DNA of 64,000 nt, taken from the NCBI GenBank assembly GCA_965205025.1, contig CBDBFU010000013.1, forward strand, positions 160,001 to 224,000. Direction: 5' to 3'. Positions 10,816 through 20,785 of the stretch are shown one piece after another. Both the position numbers and the translations under genes were made by a program. The stretch comes from Candidatus Poribacteria bacterium (GTDB lineage Bacteria; Poribacteria; WGA-4E; WGA-3G). Position 1 is the first letter of the stretch. Each line of letters begins with the position of its first letter. Under the pieces are notes generated by a model. That model was not told where the DNA came from, searched no databases, and saw only the letters and a list, made by a program, of their open reading frames with translations.

Positions 10816-13284
10816 ATGGCAATAAAAAAATCACAACTCTACGCATCCCTCTGGCAAAGCTGCGACGAACTTCGCGGTGGTATGGATGCATCACAATACA
10901 AAGACTATATCCTCACCCTCCTGTTCATGAAATACGTATCCGATAAAGCTGCGAACAGCGACGGCGGTATTGATGTTCCCGAAGGTGGCAGCTTCAACGA
11001 TATGGTTGCATTACGCGGCGACAAAGAGATTGGCGATAAAATCAACAAAATCATCGGTAGACTCGCAGATGCAAACGAACCGCTCAAAGGTGTCATTGAT
11101 CAAGCAGATTTCAACGACGAAGCCAAACTCGGCAGTGGTAAAGAGATGCAGGATCGGCTGACCAATCTCATCAACATCTTCATCGACATGGATGACCTCA
11201 GCGGAAACAGAGCGGAAGGGGACGATCTACTCGGGGATGCTTACGAATACCTGATGCGACATTTTGCTACGGAGTCCGGTAAAAGTAAGGGACAATTCTA
11301 CACACCCGCAGAAGTCTCACGCATTATGGCAAAGGTCATCGGTATCAGTGCTGACACCACAGGACAAGACACGATCTATGACCCAACTTGTGGCTCTGGT
11401 TCACTACTCCTCCGCGCTGCCGACGAGGCACCAAAAGGATTATCTATCTATGGACAGGAAAAAGATAACGCTACTTATGCACTTGCGTGGATGAATATGA
11501 TACTCCACAACCACGATGACGCAGAACTTAAACTCGGTAACACTCTCGCAGCACCTGATTTCATAGACGACGATGGACTTCTCACAAGATTCAACTTCGC
11601 AGTGGCTAATCCACCCTTCTCAGACAAAGGGTGGACCAGCGGTCTCAACCTTGAACACGACCCATACAACCGTTTTGATGGATATGGTATACCTCCTGCG
11701 AAAAATGGGGATTATGCATTCCTTCTTCATTTCATCGCATCCCTCAAAAGCACCGGAAAAGGTGCAATCATCCTTCCCCACGGTGTGCTGTTCCGTGGCA
11801 ACAAAGAGGGTGATATCCGCAGAAACCTTATCCGCCGCGGCTACATCAAAGGTATCATCGGCTTACCTGCAAATCTATTTTACGGAACCGGCATACCTGC
11901 CTGTATTATCGTGATAGACAAGGAAAACGCCGACCACCGACACGGCATCTTTATGATTGATGCAAGCAAAGGGTTCATAAAAGATGGAAACAAAAACCGA
12001 CTCCGTGCACAGGATATACACAAAATTGTAACCGTATTTAATGCACAGACTAAAATAGACCGTTATTCTCGGATGGTGTCGACCTCTGAAATTGCTGATC
12101 CTGCAAACGACTATAACCTCAATATCCCACGCTATATTGACAACAGTGATCCCGAAGACATGCACGACCTTGATGCACACCTCAACGGTGGAATACCCGA
12201 TTCCGACATAGACGCACTTCAGGACTATTGGCAAGTTTTCCCCACGCTCCGCCAAGAACTTTTCAGAGCAAACGGCAGACCGGGTTATAGTGATCCACAA
12301 GTAGATACACAACAGGTAAAAACAACCATCCTCTCACATAACGAGTTCACAGACTACCAGCAGCGGGTAACCTCTGTCTTTGAAATCTGGCGTACCACAC
12401 ACGAACCGCTGTTAGGTGGTATTGATGCGACCACCAAACCAAGAGTTGTTATTGATGCACTGTCGGAAGACTTGCTGATGCAATTCGACAATTTACCACT
12501 CCTTGACCCTTACGATGTTTACCAGAAACTGATGGACTATTGGGATGAGGTGATGCAGGACGATATATTTCTCATCACTGCAGCAGGATGGATGGAAGCA
12601 TCCCAACCACGCGACCTTATGCAAGACAAAGACCTTAAGGAAACCCCCGACCTCACTATTAAGAAAAAGAAATATAAGATGGACCTGATTCCACCAACTC
12701 TGATCGTTGCGCGCTACTATGCCGATGAACAAGCAGAAATTGACGAACTTCAAACCAAACTCGAAACTGCCATACAAGAATTAGACCAGTATATTGAAGA
12801 ACACACAAGTGAGGACGGACTGCTCGTGGAAGCTACTAATGATAGCGGCAACATCACCAAAACCAGTGTGAATGCACGGCTCAAGGAACTTGCACCTGAC
12901 TTGATGATTTTCAACGATGCAGAAGATGATGACGAGGAACGAAATGCACTTAATCACTGCCTATCCCTACTTGATGCGAAATCTAAAGCGGACAAGTCAG
13001 TAAAAGACGCACAACTTGCCCTTAATAAAAAAGTGCTTGCACATTATGCAACATTGACCGAAGCAGAAATCAAGCAGCTTGTAATAGACGATAAGTGGTT
13101 CGCCACTATCCAAACAGACATACTGGGTATAGTGCAGCAGTTGACGCAGCACCTTACCGAACGCGTCAAGGAATTGGAGGAACGTTACGCACAACCGTTG
13201 CCATCTCTAATGCACGATGTACAAGAGTTTAGCCTGAAAGTTAATAAGCATTTGTCAAATATGGGGGTGGATTGTGATGAGTAA
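10816..13284 (+). CDS. hsdM: Type I R-M methyltransferase subunit (N6-adenine), long form
   Basis: LWQSCDELRGGMDASQYKDY, GQFYTP, DPTCGSG, NPPF. Confidence 0.95.
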   Translation: MAIKKSQLYASLWQSCDELRGGMDASQYKDYILTLLFMKYVSDKAANSDGGIDVPEGGSFNDMVALRGDKEIGDKINKIIGRLADANEPLKGVIDQADFNDEAKLGSGKEMQDRLTNLINIFIDMDDLSGNRAEGDDLLGDAYEYLMRHFATESGKSKGQFYTPAEVSRIMAKVIGISADTTGQDTIYDPTCGSGSLLLRAADEAPKGLSIYGQEKDNATYALAWMNMILHNHDDAELKLGNTLAAPDFIDDDGLLTRFNFAVANPPFSDKGWTSGLNLEHDPYNRFDGYGIPPAKNGDYAFLLHFIASLKSTGKGAIILPHGVLFRGNKEGDIRRNLIRRGYIKGIIGLPANLFYGTGIPACIIVIDKENADHRHGIFMIDASKGFIKDGNKNRLRAQDIHKIVTVFNAQTKIDRYSRMVSTSEIADPANDYNLNIPRYIDNSDPEDMHDLDAHLNGGIPDSDIDALQDYWQVFPTLRQELFRANGRPGYSDPQVDTQQVKTTILSHNEFTDYQQRVTSVFEIWRTTHEPLLGGIDATTKPRVVIDALSEDLLMQFDNLPLLDPYDVYQKLMDYWDEVMQDDIFLITAAGWMEASQPRDLMQDKDLKETPDLTIKKKKYKMDLIPPTLIVARYYADEQAEIDELQTKLETAIQELDQYIEEHTSEDGLLVEATNDSGNITKTSVNARLKELAPDLMIFNDAEDDDEERNALNHCLSLLDAKSKADKSVKDAQLALNKKVLAHYATLTEAEIKQLVIDDKWFATIQTDILGIVQQLTQHLTERVKELEERYAQPLPSLMHDVQEFSLKVNKHLSNMGVDCDE

Positions 13285-14464
13285 TCAGCAAAGATTCAGT
13301 GGTGAATGGGAAACAAAGAAATTAGGAGATCTTGGGACTTTTCTCAAAGGTCGTGGTATAAAGCGCGATGATGTCTCTGACGACGGAGTGCCATGTATTC
13401 GCTACGGTGAACTATATACACAATACCAAGATTATATTTTAAAGGTAGCATCTCGGATACCACCAAATGTCGCTGAATCAGCACTACCAATTAAGACTGG
13501 GGATCTTTTATTCGCGGGGTCGGGTGAGACGGCAGAGGAAATTGGTCGGTGCGCGGCATATCTCGGTAAAGAACAAGCATACGCTGGCGGGGATGTCATC
13601 GTGTTAACACCATCAGGACAAAATCCTATATTTCTTGGTCATTTGATGAATACGCCAATAGTCGCAGCACAGAAGGCTCGCTTGGGACAAGGCAATGCAG
13701 TTGTCCATATCTATATCAACAATTTAGCTCAGGTGGAGATAGAACTGCCACCGATTGCAGAACAAAACGCAATCGGTGAAGTCCTGTCAGATGTGGACGG
13801 GTTAATCAACGCATTGGAAGCACTCATCGCCAAGAAACGTGCCATCAAGCAAGCCACCATGCAGCAACTGCTCACCGGCAAGACACGTCTGCCCGGTTTC
13901 AGCGGGGATTGGAAATCTAAGCGGATTGGGGATTTGCTTTCCTATAAACGACCAGATGCCTATATTGTTAAATCTACCGAATATACAGAACAAGGTAATA
14001 CTCCTGTTTTGACAGCGAACAAGGCTTTTATTCTTGGTTACACTGACGAAGATTTTGGTATCTGCAAAAATCATCCTGTTATAGTTTTTGACGATTTTAC
14101 CACAGACAATAAATATGCAACTTTTCCTTTCAAAGTGAAGTCTTCAGCAATCAAACTTTTGTATCCTAAGCATGAACGCGTGAGTCTAAGGTTTGTATTT
14201 GAACGGATGCAATTAATTGATTTTCCATTAGGCAATCACAAACGATACTATATATCCGAGTATCAGAATATTGAGTTACCTGTACCTGAGTATGAAGAAC
14301 AAAGCGCCATCGCCGCTGTACTCTCCGATATGGACGCCGAAATCACTGCATTGGAACAACGTAGAGACAAAACCATCGCCATCAAACAGGAAATGATGCG
14401 GCAGCTGCTAACAGGAAAGGTGCGATTGTTGAAATCACGGATTATTGCGGATGACGTGGATTAG
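13274..14464 (+). CDS. hsdS: Type I R-M specificity subunit
   Basis: Two TRDs with conserved PPIAEQNAI...MQQLLTGK and PEYEEQSAI...MRQLLTGKVRL spacers; overlaps the hsdM stop. Confidence 0.95.
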   Translation: MMSNQQRFSGEWETKKLGDLGTFLKGRGIKRDDVSDDGVPCIRYGELYTQYQDYILKVASRIPPNVAESALPIKTGDLLFAGSGETAEEIGRCAAYLGKEQAYAGGDVIVLTPSGQNPIFLGHLMNTPIVAAQKARLGQGNAVVHIYINNLAQVEIELPPIAEQNAIGEVLSDVDGLINALEALIAKKRAIKQATMQQLLTGKTRLPGFSGDWKSKRIGDLLSYKRPDAYIVKSTEYTEQGNTPVLTANKAFILGYTDEDFGICKNHPVIVFDDFTTDNKYATFPFKVKSSAIKLLYPKHERVSLRFVFERMQLIDFPLGNHKRYYISEYQNIELPVPEYEEQSAIAAVLSDMDAEITALEQRRDKTIAIKQEMMRQLLTGKVRLLKSRIIADDVD

Positions 14465-14616
14465 AAGCACTTGGTGTCTGCCGCGTCTTCTGTCTGAATC
14501 AGGATCATAGGATTTGCTGTAGTTTGCAGTTTCCATATAGACGCTACCTGCTTGCAGATTATTACGTTAATTTTACAGATATAGCACTTGGACGTTTTAA
14601 GAAGGGTATTATAACT

Positions 14617-15306
14617 ATGATTACGGCAAATGTTCTCCAAAGGATTTTTAGAATCAAATATGGGAACGGGGTTGGAACATGCTTCACTATTGATGAAGGT
14701 AATCAACGATATCTAATTACTGCTAAACATATAGTCGAAAACATTGCGGATCACGATACTGTGGAAATATATTTTAATGGTAACTGGGAAAATCTGAAAG
14801 TTAATCTGATTGGTCATGGTAGCACAGGCATTGATATATCTGTTCTAACAGGTGATTTATCCTTTTCAGTTGACTATCCTTTTATTCCGAGTATAAATGG
14901 TTTATGTTATGCTCAAGACGTTTACTTTCTTGGATTCCCGAATGTAGTCAATATAGATAAATTAGCATCCTCAATCCAAAAAATGAACAGAAATTTTCCA
15001 TTCCCAATTGCAAGAAAGGGAATTGTATGTTGGATCAACGAGGATTATATTTTAGTAGATGGACACGGCAACAAGGGTTTCTCTGGAGGACCAGTTGTTT
15101 TTAAACCGAGTGGGAGTGATTTGTACTCCGTTGCAGGAATTATAGTTAAGTACCAACCTGAGATAAAACCTGTTTATGGAACCGAATTAGAAGCAAAAAA
15201 CAATGGAGGTGGGAATAGACCCGTCGGTTATTATAGAGACAATTCTGGGATCATAACTGCTCATTCAATAAAGCACGCTTTAAATTTAATTGAAAACCCT
15301 ATTTGA
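14617..15306 (+). CDS. Cytoplasmic trypsin-like serine protease
   Basis: Catalytic triad motifs ITAKH, DISVL, GFSGGP; no signal peptide from ATG 14617. Confidence 0.8.
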   Translation: MITANVLQRIFRIKYGNGVGTCFTIDEGNQRYLITAKHIVENIADHDTVEIYFNGNWENLKVNLIGHGSTGIDISVLTGDLSFSVDYPFIPSINGLCYAQDVYFLGFPNVVNIDKLASSIQKMNRNFPFPIARKGIVCWINEDYILVDGHGNKGFSGGPVVFKPSGSDLYSVAGIIVKYQPEIKPVYGTELEAKNNGGGNRPVGYYRDNSGIITAHSIKHALNLIENPI

Positions 15307-15317
15307 AGGAATTTGAA

Positions 15318-15902
15318 ATGACAGCAAAAGAAACAAAACAGAGCAAAGACAATCATATACCACCGAGCCTTAGAATTCCTATACATTTGGATTTCGATTC
15401 TTGCTTGGAGCATGTAGGTTATAATATTGAAAAATTGTCAGAAATGTTGACTAACAAGGGAAATGTCCATCCTTTTGAAGTGTTAAATTACATTGTGCCT
15501 ATAATTACAAACGTCTGTAAATTAGTAGAGGAGCCAACACAAAGGCATGAAGATGATACCTTTTGTCTACAGACACGTCTTAAATCCTGCCATCAAGAGG
15601 ACATAGAAAAATTAGAAAGTGAATTGGTAAACATCAGAGGGAATGCTATTTATGGGATACTCAAAGATGCTCGAGATCACACCGTTGCTCATATAAGATC
15701 TGAATACGAAGGATATAGGGCTACTCAGAATGCGTTAGCAGAAGCTGCAAACTATTTGATTGAACGTGAAAATCGTTTAAAAAATTTAGTAGAAAGCATA
15801 AAATCTCTGATACATCACGTTGAAATATCGGTTAAGAAGAAAGAAGGCAAACGGTTAAATGCCGATACAATCACAATACAAATACAAGGATCCAAACAAT
15901 GA
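15318..15902 (+). CDS. Helical protein with HEPN-like R-x5-H motif (AbiU2-like?)
   Basis: LKDARDHTVAH resembles the RNKxxAH motif of AbiU2-like HEPN domains; starts 11 nt after the protease stop. Confidence 0.45.
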   Translation: MTAKETKQSKDNHIPPSLRIPIHLDFDSCLEHVGYNIEKLSEMLTNKGNVHPFEVLNYIVPIITNVCKLVEEPTQRHEDDTFCLQTRLKSCHQEDIEKLESELVNIRGNAIYGILKDARDHTVAHIRSEYEGYRATQNALAEAANYLIERENRLKNLVESIKSLIHHVEISVKKKEGKRLNADTITIQIQGSKQ

Positions 15903-15935
15903 TTGTAGGTTAGATTGTGCAGTTGATGCCCCAAA

Positions 15936-16054
15936 CCGGTAGATGCGGTTTCCTAACCGCATCGGAACAACGCAGAGACAAAACCGTTACCATCAAACAA
16001 GACATGATGCAGCAACTACTTATTGGAAAGGTGTATTTATTGAAATCAGAATAA
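15936..16054 (+). pseudogene. Duplicated 3' tail of hsdS interrupted by a REP-like hairpin
   Basis: 15965-16054 reads EQRRDKTVTIKQDMMQQLLIGKVYLLKSE* versus hsdS EQRRDKTIAIKQEMMRQLLTGKVRLLKS (14354-14437). Confidence 0.85.
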
Positions 16055-16057
16055 ATT

Positions 16058-16528
16058 ATGAGTATAATATTTACAGATGAAGAAATTAAGTCATTCATAC
16101 AAGAACGTAAGGTTTTACCAGATAATTGGGGTAGCAAGTTTAAGGAAAGGATGAATCAAGGATTTAAGGAGCATTACCAAGATATAATAGGCGAGGATGA
16201 GAATATATTCAGAATCATAGTTAAAAAAGGTGATTTCAGCAAATCAAATTTTTCAGTTATCTTAGTTGTTAGAATTTCTGGTTCAAAGAATTTTTTTCCA
16301 CTTTGTCGCTACAACGGTTCTAATCATCAACACACAAATAAGATTGAAAAAGAAGTGATAAGAGGTTTTCACATTCATATTGCTACAGAGAGGTATCAGA
16401 GAAAAAAGAATGTATTTGGATATGCACAATCGACCACACGATATAGTGATGTCAATGGAGCTATACAGTGTCTTTTCGCAGATGCAAATTTTGAAGAACC
16501 CTCTGGGTTACAGATAAGTCTTTTTTAG
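16058..16528 (+). CDS. DUF6978-like protein
   Basis: LCRYNGSNHQHTN...FHIHIATERYQ motif, ends QISLF; directly upstream of a DUF1828-like gene. Confidence 0.55.
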   Translation: MSIIFTDEEIKSFIQERKVLPDNWGSKFKERMNQGFKEHYQDIIGEDENIFRIIVKKGDFSKSNFSVILVVRISGSKNFFPLCRYNGSNHQHTNKIEKEVIRGFHIHIATERYQRKKNVFGYAQSTTRYSDVNGAIQCLFADANFEEPSGLQISLF

Positions 16529-16540
16529 GAGGTGTAAACA

Positions 16541-17311
16541 ATGACAATTAAATCTATAGAACAAGACTTTATTGAAAAAGTCTCGGAAATGGTTCAGGTT
16601 ATACCTGATGGCAAAGACCGTTTTCGTGTGTTTACCCCCTTTATGTTTGATGACGGGGACCATATTTCTATTGTGTTGAAGAAAGAACAAACAGGTTGGG
16701 TGCTTTCAGATGAAGGACATACCTACATGCACCTGACCTACGACATTAAACAGAGCAAATTGTTCAGTGGTAAACGCTTTCAAATAATTTCAAATGCACT
16801 GGATACATTTAACGTGAAAGATCGTTTTGGGGAATTAATATATAAAGTTCGGGACGATCACTTTGGTGATGCACTATATTCTTTTGCCCAAGCACTTGTA
16901 AAAATGGGGGACGTGTTATGCTTGTCAACAGAACCTGTCAAATCCACATTTATAGATGATTTCCAACTATTTTTTGAAAAGATCATCCCAGAAAACCGGA
17001 TGAAATTTGATTGGTATGACGAAAAGCATGATACTGAAAAAATATACACAGTAGATTGCAGAATTAATGGATTACCTGAACCTATTTTTGTATATGCACT
17101 TTTCAATAATGATAGAATCCGAGATGCAACGATCAAAATTCAAAAGGCAATACAGTGGAAAATTCCATTTCGTCCTTTGGGTATTTTTCAAGATAGAGGT
17201 GTTGCAAATCGCCAGGTTGTGGCTCGATTTAATGATGTGTGTGAAGTGCAATTCCCGAAAATGGATGAAAATCAAAACGAAATCACAGCTTATATAGAGA
17301 ATAACATCTAA
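16541..17311 (+). CDS. DUF1828/DUF1829-like protein
   Basis: VFTPFMFDDGDHISIVL...LSDEGHT motif; RBS AGGAGG. Confidence 0.7.
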   Translation: MTIKSIEQDFIEKVSEMVQVIPDGKDRFRVFTPFMFDDGDHISIVLKKEQTGWVLSDEGHTYMHLTYDIKQSKLFSGKRFQIISNALDTFNVKDRFGELIYKVRDDHFGDALYSFAQALVKMGDVLCLSTEPVKSTFIDDFQLFFEKIIPENRMKFDWYDEKHDTEKIYTVDCRINGLPEPIFVYALFNNDRIRDATIKIQKAIQWKIPFRPLGIFQDRGVANRQVVARFNDVCEVQFPKMDENQNEITAYIENNI

Positions 17312-17440
17312 TCTAATCCCATATTCTCTTCCTCCTCTGTAGGAGGGAACTCCGATTCCCGACTCTTCCAACCTTCCCTCTTCTCATCTTAGCATATTCC
17401 AGTTGTATTATGGTCAATAATACTGGTAATGTGAATATAC

Positions 17441-17561
17441 TAACGTGAGTTTGATAATAGGCAAATAAGCTTTATTTTCAAAATATTACTTCTATACGCC
17501 CGGTAGGTGCGGTTTCCTAACCGCACTGGACATAAAAATCTGATTTTTCAAACTCACGTTA
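17441..17561. mobile_element. MITE-like element with terminal inverted repeats TAACGTGAGTTTGA/TCAAACTCACGTTA enclosing a REP hairpin
   Basis: 14-bp TIRs; internal GTAGGTGCGGTTTCCTAACCGCAC; single ends also at ~10439 and ~60699. Confidence 0.6.
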
Positions 17562-17677
17562 TACTAAGTAAAAATGGTATCGCAATTAGTCGTTTTGGGA
17601 TTTTTTCCAAAATAAAAAAGATAAAAATGTAGTTTTTACACCTTTATCCTTTAGGTTATAAAATCTTAAACTCTTTT

Positions 17678-18073
17678 TTAATTTTCACCTTGTACACTAA
17701 TAATTTGATCTATAATATTCTCAATAACTTTTATGTTCTCTCCATTAATACCTTGCTCTTTAAGACCTTTTAATATCTGACTTTTAGTTTTAGTGCGATC
17801 TTGTATAAGAGCATCCTCAACTGCTTTTTTTAATTCCGCTTTCTTTCCTTCATTGTAAGCATCTGAAAATAATTTCATAATATCAAAACCTCCAATGATT
17901 ATTCCTGATAATATTAATGCAACAGGGATAAAAGTTGAAATATTTTTTACATAATCTGTTACAAATCTAACATCGCTCCAGTCACTTAATGTATTTTGAT
18001 AAATGTATAATGAATATACAATAAAAAAGACTGAAAATGAAAAAATATTGAAGAAAATCAGACCATAACACAA
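17678..18073 (-). CDS. Small AT-rich membrane protein, unknown function
   Basis: 131-aa ORF, two hydrophobic helices then a charged helical tail; start uncertain. Confidence 0.55.
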   Translation of the reverse strand: MCYGLIFFNIFSFSVFFIVYSLYIYQNTLSDWSDVRFVTDYVKNISTFIPVALILSGIIIGGFDIMKLFSDAYNEGKKAELKKAVEDALIQDRTKTKSQILKGLKEQGINGENIKVIENIIDQIISVQGEN

Positions 18074-18382
18074 CTAAAGATAAAAAATAATTTTCTACTT
18101 GAAATATGTGTTTTATTATGTTACTATGTATATCACATTAAAAGTATATCATGAAATTGTTGTTATGAAACTTTCATAACAGTTATGAAAGTAAAATCAA
18201 AATCTCGTACCCTTACAAACCTATACCAGAACAGGGTTTAGAACACTTCAAACAAGAACAGAATATGAATTTTCTAAAAAAATAAAAAAATTAACATTTT
18301 TAAGTATTTCTAAAAAACCCTTGCTGGGACTGGCTTTAAAGCAATTCTAAATCTATCGTTTAAAAATTGTGTTATGAAAATA

Positions 18383-18533
18383 TTATACCATTTCTATATG
18401 ATAATATTACATTATTTCGTAGGTCGGGTAGAAGCGTTAGCGAAACCCGACTATTTATAGTGTCTTGTCGGGTTTCGTTCCTCAACCCGACCTACAATAT
18501 ACTATGGTAATTTGTCAATTAAAAATGGTATTA
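18383..18533. mobile_element. MITE-like element with TATACCATTT/AAATGGTAT ends enclosing a GTAGGTCGGG...CCCGACCTAC REP doublet
   Basis: Inverted ends; the same end motif recurs at ~17571, 18610, 29034, 54330, 56348/56581, 60801, 62860. Confidence 0.6.
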
Positions 18534-18619
18534 CTAATGTACCACAAACTGTCAGTTTGTGCAGGAATTCAAGCAATGCATAACAAATCTTGATGGGATA
18601 AACACTTTTAGAAATGGTA

Positions 18620-19020
18620 TAACAACTAATGACTATCTATAAAAACGATCCTAATTACGATATTACATATACGTCAAAAATGCATACCTTTTTAACCGTT
18701 GAGAATGTCAAAATCAGAATGGACAAAAAAAACACAAAATCACACATTTTAGAAATTCTTATAAAACCAATTTAAAGTGGAGTAAAACCAGTCTATGACA
18801 GGGCTTACAGGGGTAATTTACACCAATTTCAAAGTTACACCATGTAACGAAAAGTGTAACTTTTTTCATTTTTTCGAGACATAGAGAAATGCAACAACGA
18901 CCCAATCTGCCGTCTGAGTATTTAGGATTAAATGTCTGTTTTTATAACTTATTTTTGTCTATATATTAGGATTAAATGTCTGTTTTTTATACCTTTTTAA
19001 CAATCAGAAATGTCAATTAT
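18620..19020. repeat. ~400-bp dispersed repeat, copy 1 (copy 2 at 36803-37203)
   Basis: Colinear similarity from CTAATGACTATCTATAAAAACGATCCTAATTAC to ATCAGAAAT. Confidence 0.85.
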
Positions 19021-19391
19021 TGAAGAGTATTCTCAAGACCAATATATGTCCAATATATACAAAGCATAACAATGAGATGATGTTACAATCTACCGATCTA
19101 ATCGTTCGTACCGATATAATTCCTCTTCGTAGGGGCGGGGTCTCCCCGCCCGATATTTGTTTTGTATCGCAATCTTCCAGATTGCGTCTTGCGGTAATGC
19201 ACAAACTAACAGTTTATGCTACAAAATTGACGCATATAGTGACAAATTATTTACGCACACTTATTTCCCAGTCAAGTTGCAATTTAGACACTGTTCTGAT
19301 ATGCTATTCAACACAAAGACAGCAACATAATCCTTGAACGGTAGCACACCGATTCAATCTAAAAACAAAACACAAGCAATGGAGGTAAAAC

Positions 19392-20780
19392 GTGAACTTG
19401 AAAGTCCGGTTAAGAAATCTTGGAATTCTAAAACATGCAGAATTTACCTTGGGTGATCTGACCATTATATGTGGGAAAAATAACACCGGCAAAACCTATG
19501 CGGCTTATGCACTCTACGGTTTCCTAAACTCTTGGCATCACTTCATTTCATTTCCAGTGAGCAAGGAACAAATTCAAAGCTTACTTGTAGAGGGTACCAT
19601 CAAACTCGAATTAGGACAGTATTTCAAAACAGCTGCCGATGTACTTAACAAGACTTGTAAGAAATATTCTAATCAATTAGATAAGATATTTGCAGCAAAA
19701 GCAGGTAGATTTCGGAACAGTGAATTTCAAATACAAACAGAAGCGAATGACCCATATAAGACTGAATTAGATGGGTCAATCGTTCCCGGTCAAGAACCCT
19801 TGCTTACTTATTCAAAACGCAAGGGTAGTGAAGAGATTATATTTACTTTATCGAAAAAAGAAGAACGAGAAATTGATCCTGTATTTGTAAAAAATGCTAT
19901 TCTACAGATTGTCAGCAGAATCATTTTTGCTGATGCTCTTCCTAATACCTTTATCTCTTCAGCTGAACGCACTGGTGTAGCTATTTTTCGTAGGGAGCTG
20001 AATTTTGCACGTAACCGCTTGCTTGAAGAAATGGTGCAAACAGAGGAAAAAATACATCCTTTGGAATTGCTATTCAAAGTATACCAAAGTTATCCACAGC
20101 CAATAGAAGATAATGCAGATTTTATACGTGATCTTGAGAATATTGCCAAGAGAGAGAGTTTCATTACCAAAAAACATCCCGATATATTAGCTGAATTTGC
20201 CGATATTATTGGTGGAGATTACAACATTACCGAAAATGACCAACTTGACTTTATCCCTACTGGTTCTCGAATCAAGTTGACGATGGTTGAAAGTTCAAGT
20301 GCTGTCCGTTCACTCTTAGATATCGGTTTCTATCTCCGGTGTTTGGCAAAAGAGGGGGATTTTCTTATAATAGACGAACCCGAATTAAATCTTCACCCAG
20401 AGAACCAACGACGTATCGCCAAACTTTTGGCACGACTCATAAACTTGAATATTAAGGTCTTTATTACCACTCACAGTGATTATATCGTTAAAGAGTTGAA
20501 TACTCTAATCATGCTGAATAACGATAAGCCACATCTAAAAACTATTATAGAAGAAAATAACTATCAGAACAGTGAGTTAATCAGTGCTAATCAAGTTAAA
20601 GTATATGTAGCAAAAAAAGCTTTATTACCATTAGAAGAAGGTCGAAAAAAGCGGAGTAGAGGATATACGCTTGTACCAGCTGATATTGATCCAGTGCTTG
20701 GTATTCAAGTCAGCAGTTTTGACGAAACCATTGAAGATATGAATAGGATTCAGCAAGATATTGTGTGGGGAGGAGAGTAG
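19392..20780 (+). CDS. ABC/AAA_21-type ATPase (defence-associated)
   Basis: GKNNTGKT Walker A; IIDEPELNLHP Walker B/D-loop; TTHS H-loop; RBS GGAGG before GTG. Confidence 0.85.
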   Translation: MNLKVRLRNLGILKHAEFTLGDLTIICGKNNTGKTYAAYALYGFLNSWHHFISFPVSKEQIQSLLVEGTIKLELGQYFKTAADVLNKTCKKYSNQLDKIFAAKAGRFRNSEFQIQTEANDPYKTELDGSIVPGQEPLLTYSKRKGSEEIIFTLSKKEEREIDPVFVKNAILQIVSRIIFADALPNTFISSAERTGVAIFRRELNFARNRLLEEMVQTEEKIHPLELLFKVYQSYPQPIEDNADFIRDLENIAKRESFITKKHPDILAEFADIIGGDYNITENDQLDFIPTGSRIKLTMVESSSAVRSLLDIGFYLRCLAKEGDFLIIDEPELNLHPENQRRIAKLLARLINLNIKVFITTHSDYIVKELNTLIMLNNDKPHLKTIIEENNYQNSELISANQVKVYVAKKALLPLEEGRKKRSRGYTLVPADIDPVLGIQVSSFDETIEDMNRIQQDIVWGGE

Positions 20781-20785
20781 CGTTT

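Noticed and set aside
19020-19337. 105-aa ORF, and similarly 3778-4017 and 23766-23966
   Set aside because: They run through REP/MITE repeats and are likely chance open frames
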